In this document: piece after piece, positions 18,285 to 26,930 of the stretch
Numbering within the stretch: the first letter of the stretch is position 1
Layout of the letters: the number at the start of each line of letters is the position of its first letter
Assembly: GCA_001000865.1 (NCBI GenBank)
Contig: LCIE01000003.1
Span: forward strand, 2,531-57,684
DNA from: Candidatus Collierbacteria bacterium GW2011_GWC2_44_18
Lineage (GTDB): Bacteria > Patescibacteriota > Microgenomatia > UBA1400 > MFAQ01
Reading direction: 5' to 3'
DNA: 55,154 nucleotides
Made by a program: the position numbers and the translations under genes
The notes under the pieces: generated by a model
Told to the model about the DNA's origin: nothing
Seen by the model: only the letters and a program-made list of their open reading frames with translations
Database searches by the model: none

Positions 18285-19777
18285 TTGGTGTGAACTAAAC
18301 GATAAATTTTTAAATAATCAATTTGCCACTGGCCAACAACGTGAGATGGTCCAAATTTAGCAATCTGCCACGCAGGATGGCCTTCCGGCTGACAACTGTC
18401 TCCATCTTCGCAGATAACAAAGAGCTGATCGACAATTTTTTCCTCTCCCCTGACCAAACCGGTATTTTTATTTTCCAAAAAGTAACGATAAGATTCATCA
18501 TAATTCTGTTTGGCGATCAGACCGAAATTGAATGGCTGGCTGTTTGATTCTTTAATAATAAGGTCGATGGCCATTTCTGTCCTTTGGAGCTGATGGTTAG
18601 GATTATCCTTCACAGGACTAAAAATTATACTATTGGCGAAGAGAAAAACAATTGAGGCGATAGCCATCAGCCGGAAAAGTGTTTTTCGCCTTAGGAGAAA
18701 CCCAAGGAGAGCCCCCTCCAGTAGATATATGGCCGGATAGATAAAACCCAGGTAATGGATATAAACATGCTGCTTGTAAACACTGAGCCCCAGTATCGCA
18801 AACCCGAGCCAAACAAAAACGGTTTTGAGAGAACTTAACCACTTTGATTTGAGATACATCCAAACTGAAAATAAAAGAATTAGAACGGAAACGAGTGGAG
18901 CCCAAGTGGTCTGCCGAGCAAGTACTAAGTCCGAGACAGTCATGTAGATAACGGGAAGGAAACGATCCGATCTGACAGGGTTGAGATTGACCGTGGTTTG
19001 TCTGTCGGAGAAAAACAGTTTGAAGGCATTGAAGTTCATCCCTTGGTGTCTAAGATCAAATAGCACCAATGGAGACATAAGGATGAAAAAACTCAAAAAC
19101 GCAAAAAGAGTAAAACGCAAAAAGGTTTTTTTCCGTAAGAAATCCTTTGACTTATTGATTGAAATTAGGGTGAGGATCCAAAACAGACCGAGGACGGGTC
19201 CCAAAAGCAAGCCCAAGTAATGCATCTGCAAGGCAAAAGCAAAGAAAACCCCAATAAGAGGAAGCCAGAAATATTTCTTATTTTGCCAAACTTGGTAAAT
19301 GCCCCAAACACAAAGTAAAGCAAATAGAGGCATGGGGTTTGGGTTCCAGGAAGAGCGTGAATAGATGATGGCTACGGGCGAAACTGCGTAAAGTAGGGCG
19401 GCGATCAGACCAGACCACTTGTTGAAGAGTTTCCGGCCGATAAAATAGGTGAGAAAAACGGTGAAAGTGCCGATAAGCGCGTTTAGAACTGCAGGACCAA
19501 TGGGGTTCATTCGTGAAAGAAAAAGAGCCGGAGCCATCATGTAATAATAAAGCGGGCCGAGATACATGTTCCCGATGCTGGTTTGGGGTCCAATAAAAAC
19601 AAGATTGCCTTTGGTAATGAGATCTCGCACGATACGGACATCCCGACCCTCGTCACCAAGGAAGGTCATAAACTCACCAATGCGATATAAACGGAGACAT
19701 AGGGCGAGGAAGATGATTAAGAAAACAGATAAGAACTCAAATTTGTTTTTCTTGATGAATTCCCCTAATGTTTTCAT
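18281..19777 (-). CDS. GT-C (ArnT/PMT-like) polytopic membrane glycosyltransferase
   Basis: Paralogue of 2778..4391 (FLGDEGRDVRIVRDL loop). I prefer the start at 19777 (MKTLGEF), because the upstream 28 codons of the track ORF are just hairpin repeat 19785..19817 translated (VIARSKATWQSI). Confidence 0.65.
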   Translation of the reverse strand: MKTLGEFIKKNKFEFLSVFLIIFLALCLRLYRIGEFMTFLGDEGRDVRIVRDLITKGNLVFIGPQTSIGNMYLGPLYYYMMAPALFLSRMNPIGPAVLNALIGTFTVFLTYFIGRKLFNKWSGLIAALLYAVSPVAIIYSRSSWNPNPMPLFALLCVWGIYQVWQNKKYFWLPLIGVFFAFALQMHYLGLLLGPVLGLFWILTLISINKSKDFLRKKTFLRFTLFAFLSFFILMSPLVLFDLRHQGMNFNAFKLFFSDRQTTVNLNPVRSDRFLPVIYMTVSDLVLARQTTWAPLVSVLILLFSVWMYLKSKWLSSLKTVFVWLGFAILGLSVYKQHVYIHYLGFIYPAIYLLEGALLGFLLRRKTLFRLMAIASIVFLFANSIIFSPVKDNPNHQLQRTEMAIDLIIKESNSQPFNFGLIAKQNYDESYRYFLENKNTGLVRGEEKIVDQLFVICEDGDSCQPEGHPAWQIAKFGPSHVVGQWQIDYLKIYRLVHTK

Positions 19778-19784
19778 TTGTATA

Positions 19785-19817
19785 GATTGCCACGTCGCTT
19801 TGCTCCTCGCAATGACG
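19785..19817 (+). repeat. GATTGCC...CGCAATGACG hairpin repeat (intergenic)
   Basis: gattgccacgtcgctttgctcctcgcaatgacg. Confidence 0.75.
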
Positions 19818-19823
19818 ATGGTT

Positions 19824-20540
19824 TTATTTAAGTTTGTACCAGAGTTTAAAGAGGTCGACAAAACTTTGAATAATTACGTCGAGATTAGCTCCGGTACCCT
19901 CTCCTTGTTTGCGTGGGTAATGATTTACTCCTATCTCAACTATCTTGAAGCCGGCTTTTTTGGCTTTTATTAAAAATTCGCTACTGATAAAAGCACCTCT
20001 TTCGCTTTGAAGAGGTTCGATCTTCTCCAGAACCTTTTTAGAGATAAGTTTGAAACCACAATCGATGTCTCTGACGTTTAGCCCAAAAAGAAGTCGGACA
20101 AGAACTTGCCAAGCAAAGGTATTTAACTTGCGACTGAAAGAGACTTTTCGGCTTAGGTAATAACCTATGACCAGATCGGCATCGGTTCTCTCTTGGATAT
20201 CTATAAAACGATTAATCTCGGAAAAGTCGAACTGACCGTCCGAATCAATGAAGGAAATCCAAGGATATTTGCAGGCGTAGAGACCGCTTTTGAGAGCTGC
20301 ACCGTAGCCTCGATTGGGGTAGTGATGGATGACCGAGATGTGTTTATCTTTTTTTTTCCAACGATCGGCGATTTCTCCGGTTTTGTCTTTGGAGCCATCG
20401 TTCACAATAATTAGCTCCCAAACGGGCACGTTTTTTTTAAGGTTTTCGACGACGTTTTTTACCGTCTTGTCCAGACTGGCTTCTTCATTGTAGGCCGGCA
20501 AAAATACTGATAACTTTTCGATTTGTCGAGACATACTCAC
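19824..20540 (-). CDS. Dpm1/GtrB-like polyprenol-phosphate glycosyltransferase (GT2)
   Basis: LSVFLPAYNEEASL...IIVNDGSKDKT...FIDSDGQFD...NRGYGAALKSG. Confidence 0.8.
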   Translation of the reverse strand: MSMSRQIEKLSVFLPAYNEEASLDKTVKNVVENLKKNVPVWELIIVNDGSKDKTGEIADRWKKKDKHISVIHHYPNRGYGAALKSGLYACKYPWISFIDSDGQFDFSEINRFIDIQERTDADLVIGYYLSRKVSFSRKLNTFAWQVLVRLLFGLNVRDIDCGFKLISKKVLEKIEPLQSERGAFISSEFLIKAKKAGFKIVEIGVNHYPRKQGEGTGANLDVIIQSFVDLFKLWYKLK

Positions 20541-20559
20541 AAGTATATACTAGAGGTAG

Positions 20560-21640
20560 ATGAAACGAGCGTATTTATTACTCACCGTTCTATTGTTTTC
20601 CCTACTAATCTGGCTGCCTTTTGGCCTGAAAACAAAATTGCCTGGCTGGGATCTGGATTTTACCAAAGGCAACTTTACTCTTTGGCAAAACTATGATGGA
20701 CCAAACTATCTGATTGTAGAGAAGACTTGGTACAACAAAGAAAAAATTGTGAAAGATTTTTCGGTGACCGAGCCGGCCGAGTATTTCCCGGCACATTTTC
20801 CTTTGTACCCGTCGATAATCGCTGTTTTGGATCCCTTCATGAAAGGACCGACAGCCATGCTACTTTCGACCTTACTGGGCTCGTTGCTGTGCTTTGGGAT
20901 GTTTCACAAGTACCTGGCGGAATTTAAACTCAGTCTCGATCCTTTTTGGCTGTCGCTCGTTTTTATGATCTTGCCTGCCCGCTGGGTAGCTATCCGGGCT
21001 ATCGGTTCTCCGGAACTATTTTAAAAAAGGCAAATATTTGTTAGCCGGAATTTTCGGAGCTTTGGCACAGATTACAAAAAGTCCGGCCATAATACTGCTC
21101 GCCGCTTATGGTATCTACGCTGTAGTCGAATCAGTGAAGGAAAAGAAAATTGTCTGGAAATATTGGCCATTGTTAATCCAGGTAGCGGCGGTGGGTGGCC
21201 TATTTTGGTTTTTCAAATTACGAACCGGGGACCTTTGGGCTTATCTCCACAGTGGCGACAACATTCATTTGTTCTGGCCGCCATTTAGTGTGTTTGCACC
21301 AAAAGGTCAGATGTGGGTTGGAAATTTTTGGTTGGAGGATGTCATATGGACCTGGATAGTTTTTGGTATTGGGATTATGAAACTTAAAAAGAAGAAGCTG
21401 GTGGTCGAGTATTATTTTGCCGGACTATTTTTCCTCTCCACCTTGTTTGTAGCCCACCGGGATATTAGCCGATATATTCTGCCAATTGCACCTTTTGTGC
21501 TTATAGGTTGGGATAATCTGATTCAGAAAAAGGAGTTCAAAGTGATCGCCTACCTATTGATCATTCCGATTATGCTTTTTACCTGGAACTTCCTCCTAAA
21601 CAATACGGCACCAGTGGCCGATTGGGCACCATATCTTTAG
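20560..21640 (+). pseudogene. PIG-V/GT-C-like polytopic membrane glycosyltransferase split into two ORFs (20560..21024 and 21038..21640)
   Basis: ORF1 carries WQNYDGPNYLIVEKTWY...YFPAHFPLYPSIIAVL. ORF2 continues with KKGKYLLAGIFGALAQITKSPAI when read from 21023. The frames meet at a T4A6 run (21019..21028), and removing one T gives ...GSPELFKKGKYLLAGIFG... Confidence 0.55.
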
Positions 21641-21646
21641 AAAAAA

Positions 21647-22690
21647 TTACACACTAAAGACTCCCAAATTAGGTAAACTCGACCAAATTGTGGACTCAGA
21701 TTCGGACGGAAAAATCCCAGCATGGATGTTCCGAAGGTTCAAGTCGATCAGTTTCAAGTCACCGTCAAGATTGGGCGCGTCAACCTCTTTTCCAACGTAC
21801 CACCTCCACAGGGGCGGGACGTCATCCCTAATTCCCTGATCTGCAACTCTTGACCAGCAAATTTCATCCATAGAAAGGCTACTAAGTAGAATTATGGACC
21901 TATTTGTGACCAGACTCCTCATTGCAGGGTGACTATCAAGAGGCGCAAAGGTCCATGAAGCTAGAGGTGAACCTTTTGCGGGCCATGCCTTATGACTCTC
22001 TACGTCATGTAAGGTTAAATTGGCCAAGCCAGGTTGGTTGTTTATCTGAAATTCTGTTCCAGAAGCCAAAACCTCAGCCGCCAAATTACTCATTTCCACT
22101 TGCTCTTTGGCATCAGTAAAAGACAATATTCTTGTGATAGGGATTCTTCCTTTGTTTAATTCTTCTATACCTCGGTGTTGAATGTGACGTATAAGCCTAT
22201 CCAATTCAGGAGCTCTTGGTAAAATCAGATCTTTTTGTTCCAACAAAAAGGGGTCTAGGTTTACTATGTTAGCAATTGACATGGGGTCTCTTTTCCAATC
22301 AGTCAGATCTCTTTTTAGTGCGACTAGTCCGTTATCTGCGACAATGGTAAAAAGATCATCTAAATGTTTTTGACCAGAACCGACCTGCACCCAGGCTTTC
22401 AGAAGTTCTAGCCATTCGTAATCCTTGACTGTCTTAGAGTTTATTGGCGTACTTTCAACCCAACAAAAGACGTTTCTTACAACTTGGTTTTCTTCTCCAG
22501 GAAATAATCTCAACAAAACTTGATCTTGAGAATTAAGAATGTTGCCGAATCCAGTGTTCCTGATCTTCCTTCGAATAAATTCTACACTCAAACCAGATTC
22601 TGAAGCCAAAAAATGATGGATATTGTCTGAAATGGCCTCTGTTCTTGATGAATGGTCGGTAGGAAATTCCAAAATTTGCTTTGTCTCCAC
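21647..22690 (-). CDS. hypothetical soluble protein (orphan)
   Basis: 347-aa ORF with no TM segments and no recognisable motif. It lies between the split GT-C gene and repeat cluster 22770..22920. Confidence 0.5.
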   Translation of the reverse strand: METKQILEFPTDHSSRTEAISDNIHHFLASESGLSVEFIRRKIRNTGFGNILNSQDQVLLRLFPGEENQVVRNVFCWVESTPINSKTVKDYEWLELLKAWVQVGSGQKHLDDLFTIVADNGLVALKRDLTDWKRDPMSIANIVNLDPFLLEQKDLILPRAPELDRLIRHIQHRGIEELNKGRIPITRILSFTDAKEQVEMSNLAAEVLASGTEFQINNQPGLANLTLHDVESHKAWPAKGSPLASWTFAPLDSHPAMRSLVTNRSIILLSSLSMDEICWSRVADQGIRDDVPPLWRWYVGKEVDAPNLDGDLKLIDLNLRNIHAGIFPSESESTIWSSLPNLGVFSV

Positions 22691-22769
22691 GATGCAATTT
22701 TACATTAACTTAAACTGTTGGTGATTACGATAAATCTAATTCAACTCCATTTTTTTGGCATTTAATTGT

Positions 22770-22920
22770 TGTCACCCTCGCGTATGCGGGGATGACATTG
22801 AATAGAAACGGAATGCTTTGGTTCGGATTTCCGAAACCCTGCCTGCCGGCAGGCAGGTCGCAATGACGAGAGAGGAGGCGTGGGATAGCTTTGGTTCGGA
22901 GTACCGAAACGCGCAATGAC
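22770..22920 (+). repeat. cluster of three hairpin-repeat units (GGGGATGAC unit; palindrome unit; GGTTCGGAGTACCGAAAC unit)
   Basis: Units at 22770..22795, 22809..22867 (palindrome 22837..22856) and 22881..22920 end in GATGAC or GCAATGACG. Track ORF 22725..22916 is these repeats translated. Confidence 0.85.
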
Positions 22921-22927
22921 GAATAGT

Positions 22928-24106
22928 CTATTTCTTTTTCCAGATAATGACGTTGTAGATAAACCAGTTGAGTGGAACGGTGATGAAGAAAACTCCGATA
23001 ATCAAGAAAAGAAAGCGGTATTGATCGCCGAAGATCTGAGTCCCCAAACCAATAACCAGACTAGGAAGAATGATACCCGAGACAACGGAACTGAGATTGA
23101 AAGTGGTGAACTTTCTGACTATCTTGGAGCCCCAAACTAATTTTTCGTTCTTGAAAGTCCAAAGATTATTGAAAATAAAGTTACTGATGATGGAGATTTC
23201 GGCCGCGAGAGCGTTGGCGATGGTGTTTCTGACACCCACCACGTTGATTAGATTACTCAAAAGTTTGACAAAAATATCCAAACCGACTTTGTTAATAACA
23301 AAACCAAAGAGACCAATGGTCCCAAACTTGAGAAATTTTTGAGTGGTAGGATCGTTCCATCTTAAAAGAGTCACCACTCTAAAAACTTCAAGGGCGGTTT
23401 GTGGTTCGATCTTAGATTCACCGGCTGCACGCAGTCCAAATACCAAGGGGATTTCTTTGACCTTGGCACCAAGCATGACGGTATTGTAGAGAAATTCCAG
23501 TTTGTAGCCAAAGCTACGGGAATAAAGATGGTCCATATCCATCGTATCTATAAAACCTTTGACGCGAGTGGCTTTGAAGCCACCGGTGGGATCGGTGATC
23601 CTGAAAAAATTCTTGGTCGGGAAAAAGAGGACAAACCGGGCCACCAGACTGCCGACTTCGCTCAAAAAAACTCTTTTAAAACCCCATCCTTTTGGGTTAC
23701 TACCACCTTTGATCTTCCGACTGCCCATGACATAGTCATAACCATCGGCGATTTCTTTGAGGAAAATGGGTATTAACTTCGGAGAGTGTTGGAAGTCGCC
23801 ATCCATTTCAAAAACCACATCCGCATGGAGCTGTGACATGGCATAACGGAAGCCACGAACATAGGCAGCTCCGATACCCGCCTTTTTAACACTGAGGGAA
23901 AGAAAAAGATCTTTATACTTCTTCTGTTTTGTTTGGACTACTTTATAAGTGCCGTCCGGAGAGGTGTCGTCTACTACCAAAACTTTACAATCCCAATCTT
24001 TGATATGGGGAAAAGTAACGGTAAAAAGATGATCTAGCATCTTTCCGATAGAATCGGCTTCGTTGTAAGTAGGAATGACTACCACAGCAATGGGAAGTTT
24101 GTTCAT
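22928..24106 (-). CDS. Dpm1-like polyprenol-phosphate glycosyltransferase fused to a C-terminal GtrA-like 4-TM domain
   Basis: IAVVVIPTYNEADSI...VVDDTSPDGT...EMDGDFQHSP (GT2), then FGTIGLFGFVINKVGL...ISNFIFNNLWTFK (GtrA-like). The start at 24106 (MNKLP) avoids overlapping the CDGSH gene. Confidence 0.8.
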   Translation of the reverse strand: MNKLPIAVVVIPTYNEADSIGKMLDHLFTVTFPHIKDWDCKVLVVDDTSPDGTYKVVQTKQKKYKDLFLSLSVKKAGIGAAYVRGFRYAMSQLHADVVFEMDGDFQHSPKLIPIFLKEIADGYDYVMGSRKIKGGSNPKGWGFKRVFLSEVGSLVARFVLFFPTKNFFRITDPTGGFKATRVKGFIDTMDMDHLYSRSFGYKLEFLYNTVMLGAKVKEIPLVFGLRAAGESKIEPQTALEVFRVVTLLRWNDPTTQKFLKFGTIGLFGFVINKVGLDIFVKLLSNLINVVGVRNTIANALAAEISIISNFIFNNLWTFKNEKLVWGSKIVRKFTTFNLSSVVSGIILPSLVIGLGTQIFGDQYRFLFLIIGVFFITVPLNWFIYNVIIWKKK

Positions 24107-24111
24107 ATATG

Positions 24112-24381
24112 TTAGTGTTGACACTGACCTCCACAACAACCTTCTTCCCCATCTTGACTACGGCCATTTCCGCCATGATGACAGGTGCGATCGTGAGATT
24201 CAGTCAAAATTTCTTCTGCCTTGCCGTCGACATACCAGTAGAGCTTGTTGTCATCCTCCTGAAGGACCTTTTTATGAGAGCCATCGCAATAGGGCTGATT
24301 GTCCGAGAGTCCGCACATACAAATATGTTTATCCCCTATGACTATCGGGCCCTTGGCAGTTTTCTTTACTAATCTTGGCAT
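24112..24381 (-). CDS. CDGSH iron-sulfur domain protein with a Cys/His-rich tail
   Basis: ICMCGLSDNQPYCDGSHKK matches the C-x-C-x2-S-x5-CDGSH signature. The tail is CHHGGNGRSQDGEEGCCGGQCQH. Start chosen at MPRLVKK (24381). Confidence 0.75.
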   Translation of the reverse strand: MPRLVKKTAKGPIVIGDKHICMCGLSDNQPYCDGSHKKVLQEDDNKLYWYVDGKAEEILTESHDRTCHHGGNGRSQDGEEGCCGGQCQH

Positions 24382-24417
24382 GTAGCTATTATATCGCTCA
24401 AGAACTCTAGAACTCAA

Positions 24418-24467
24418 GGAATTACGACTTTCGCACTTTCGTCATCGCGCCCAGGTCGCCAATGACG
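24418..24467 (+). repeat. degenerate hairpin-repeat unit ending CCAATGACG (intergenic)
   Basis: ggaattacgactttcgcactttcgtcatcgcgcccaggtcgccaatgacg. Confidence 0.4.
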
Positions 24468-24480
24468 ATATAATTAGAGT

Positions 24481-25146
24481 ATGAAGATAGACATTTTGAC
24501 CATATTTCCGGAGATGTTTGAGGGTGTTTTTAAAACCTCGATAATCGGCAGGGCGGTAGGATCCGAGACGGTACAAATCAATGTCCGAAATTTACGAGAT
24601 TGGAGTGATGACAACTATAAGAGTGTGGATGATCGACCATTTGGCGGAGGGGCAGGCATGGTAATGAGAGTGGATGTGGTGGAGAGAGCAGTACAAGAAC
24701 TCAAGAACTCAAGGAATCAAGGAATCAAGACAGATAAAGGACAAGTTAAAACTAGGGTGATTTTGATGGATACAAAAGGAAAGATGTATGACCAAAAAGT
24801 AGCGGAAAGACTGAAATCAGAAGAGCATTTAATATTTATTGCTCCGCATTTTGAGGGTATAGATCATCGGGTCCACGAACATCTGGCAGATGAAATTTAT
24901 AGTATTGGTCCATACGTACTGAGTGGAGGGGAATTGCCCGTGATGGTAGTAGTAGACAGTATTTGCCGACTGATGCCCGGAGTACTAGGGAACCCCGAAT
25001 CTCTTAAAGAAGAATCTTACAGTGAAGAAATGCAGATGGAATATCCCCAATACACTAGACCGGCAGAATATAACGGCTGGAAGGTGCCCGATATCTTACT
25101 TTCGGGAGACCACAAAAAAATCGCTGAGTGGAGAAAGAGAAAGTAG
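24481..25146 (+). CDS. trmD: tRNA (guanine37-N1)-methyltransferase
   Basis: MKIDILTIFPEMFEG, DDRPFGGGAGMVM, HFEGIDHRV, IGPYVLSGGELPVMVVVDS are canonical TrmD motifs. Confidence 0.95.
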   Translation: MKIDILTIFPEMFEGVFKTSIIGRAVGSETVQINVRNLRDWSDDNYKSVDDRPFGGGAGMVMRVDVVERAVQELKNSRNQGIKTDKGQVKTRVILMDTKGKMYDQKVAERLKSEEHLIFIAPHFEGIDHRVHEHLADEIYSIGPYVLSGGELPVMVVVDSICRLMPGVLGNPESLKEESYSEEMQMEYPQYTRPAEYNGWKVPDILLSGDHKKIAEWRKRK

Positions 25147-25147
25147 A

Positions 25148-25384
25148 TCAAATGTCACTGTAGTGAGAGGGTCTATCTAATTCGCTAATAAATCTTAGAG
25201 CTTCTTCAACCGAGCCAGCCTGTCCAGACTCAAACTGCTCATAAACTCTTTGCGCTAATTCTGGTCTCAATTTGTCTTTTTGAATAAGGCTTTGGAGAAA
25301 ACTTTCTTTTTGAGACTTAGACATATTATTGAATCTAGCTCTTTGTTTTTCCTCATTTATTTCTTGGAATGTAAGTTCGTGCAT
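25148..25384 (-). CDS. small hypothetical protein
   Basis: ~78-aa charged helical ORF (MHELTFQEINEEKQRARF...). The start at 25384 abuts the upstream stop. No recognisable motif. Confidence 0.4.
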   Translation of the reverse strand: MHELTFQEINEEKQRARFNNMSKSQKESFLQSLIQKDKLRPELAQRVYEQFESGQAGSVEEALRFISELDRPSHYSDI

Positions 25385-25385
25385 T

Positions 25386-26183
25386 TTATTGATTTGGCAG
25401 GCCAAAGGGAACGAGGTAGATTATAGTATCGGTGGCCGGAATTGTAACCAGATCTCTGATCTTGGCCTCATCAAAGCCGGAGATGGTGACCAGGCCCAAC
25501 TTGAGACTTTCGGCTTGGAGGTAAAGATTTTCCCCGACATGACCAGCTTCGAGATAGACTTCTTTATCATGAGGGATACCCCCATACGACTCGGCCATCT
25601 TGTCCATATTGCCGGTGATCACTATAATGGCTGGGGCATTCTTGAACGAGCTTTCCTTCATGGCCTCGAAGATGGCTTGTTGTAGTTCGACTTCTTTTAT
25701 TGGTTTTAGCTGATGCACTGGAGTTCTATCTCCCGGAACATATTGATATTCACCTGCTTCCAAACCTGCCACTTTGCTAGCGATTAAAAATAGAGATAGG
25801 GGGTAGGTAGATTTGGCCGAGGGAGCACTACGGCCGCCCCAATCGGCAGTAACTCCCTGTCCGGCCCAGAGCATTTGCGAGACCTGTTTGAGAGTTAATT
25901 CTTTATCGAAGAAATCTCTCCTGGTGCGTCTCGCCTTCAAAACCACTTCGATGGAATTACCGCTTCTGAAATCAGGTGCTGGTAATCCGACATTCTCTGA
26001 TGGCAGAAGATTAGTTGTGACCACCGGTTGATTTTGAGTTTGATTCGTAGATGATGTACGACGCGTCATTAGGACAACCATGAAGGCAGAAAATACCACC
26101 AAAGCCGTAAGCGCCGGAATAATCCAGCGCTTAACTTGGGGGTCTATTTTCTTTAGAGGTGTTTGTTTGGCAGTTTTTTTCAC
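25386..26183 (-). CDS. membrane-anchored nitroreductase-fold protein (SagB/ThcOx-like)
   Basis: N-terminal TM helix, then RRTRRDFFDKELTLKQVSQMLWAGQG...APSAKSTYPL...ITGNMDK...EAGHVGENLYLQAE, typical of the nitroreductase/SagB-type dehydrogenase fold. Confidence 0.65.
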   Translation of the reverse strand: MKKTAKQTPLKKIDPQVKRWIIPALTALVVFSAFMVVLMTRRTSSTNQTQNQPVVTTNLLPSENVGLPAPDFRSGNSIEVVLKARRTRRDFFDKELTLKQVSQMLWAGQGVTADWGGRSAPSAKSTYPLSLFLIASKVAGLEAGEYQYVPGDRTPVHQLKPIKEVELQQAIFEAMKESSFKNAPAIIVITGNMDKMAESYGGIPHDKEVYLEAGHVGENLYLQAESLKLGLVTISGFDEAKIRDLVTIPATDTIIYLVPFGLPNQ

Positions 26184-26189
26184 AGCTCT

Positions 26190-26927
26190 TTAGATAAAGG
26201 GGACGATCTTGGCGGCCTTGCGAATACCGGTAAACCATTCTTGAGTTTTGGAATAGACTTCTTGCTGATAAAGAGTGTCCTTGATGCTAGTGGAGACATC
26301 TTCAAATTTTTTGTCAGTAAATTGAGTCTTGTTGTCGTCAAAGTATTTCTTTATTTGGTCCTCAGTTATCTCGATTTTGTAATTTTTTTCGATAATCTTT
26401 TTTAGACTTAGACTTTGCCTGATGGAGTCTTTGGCTTTGTCTTCGGTTAATCCGTATTGAGTCAAAGCTGCTTTGAAGGCCTCTTCACCACCGTATTCTT
26501 TGATGATCTTGGCGGTTTCGTCAGATACCTCTTTATCGGAGATCACGATATTGTTTTTCTTTAACTCCGACTCCAAGAGCCGTTGATTTACTATTTCGTC
26601 GAACGTTTGTTTGCCGTATTTTTCGGCCATTTTTTGATTGAGTTCCCAGCGTAAAATTGGTGAAGAATTCACCGTCCCGGCCAGGAAGTGACCCCGATAT
26701 TTTTGAGCCAGTAAGTAGAGGACGGTCCCCAAAGCAACGATCAGAACAAGTTTGACCGCAAACCCAAAGGGCGGGCGCTTGACTTCTTTTAATTCCGGAA
26801 GTGATTCTTGTGAGGAATCGACGCGGAGTTTTTTGATAACTTTCACCGATTTTTTGATCTTTGTTTTTATTTCTGCCATTTCAGATTTATCTTTATTAAT
26901 TGTTTTGGGTGACATTGATTTTGCCAT
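26190..26927 (-). CDS. membrane-anchored SurA-N/PrsA-like chaperone domain protein
   Basis: One TM helix, then VNSSPILRWELNQKMAEKYGKQTFDEIVNQRLLESELKKNNIVISDKEVSDE, which resembles the SurA N-terminal/PrsA chaperone region. I see no clear parvulin PPIase motif. Confidence 0.45.
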   Translation of the reverse strand: MAKSMSPKTINKDKSEMAEIKTKIKKSVKVIKKLRVDSSQESLPELKEVKRPPFGFAVKLVLIVALGTVLYLLAQKYRGHFLAGTVNSSPILRWELNQKMAEKYGKQTFDEIVNQRLLESELKKNNIVISDKEVSDETAKIIKEYGGEEAFKAALTQYGLTEDKAKDSIRQSLSLKKIIEKNYKIEITEDQIKKYFDDNKTQFTDKKFEDVSTSIKDTLYQQEVYSKTQEWFTGIRKAAKIVPFI

Positions 26928-26930
26928 AGT

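Noticed and set aside
22725-22916. Track ORFs 22725..22916 (63 aa), 36994..37317 (107 aa) and the 5' 28 codons of 18281..19861
   Set aside because: They consist almost entirely of translated hairpin repeats (for example VIPAYARVT, LPAGRQG, VIARSKATWQSI) in intergenic positions, so they are not genes.
24393-24733. Short AAGAACTC-type direct repeats shared by the trmD upstream region (24397..24422) and an internal trmD segment (24693..24730, encoding QELKNSRNQGIK)
   Set aside because: This is a low-complexity microsatellite-like similarity of ~25 nt with an indel. It probably marks a variable loop insertion in TrmD, but I cannot support any functional claim.
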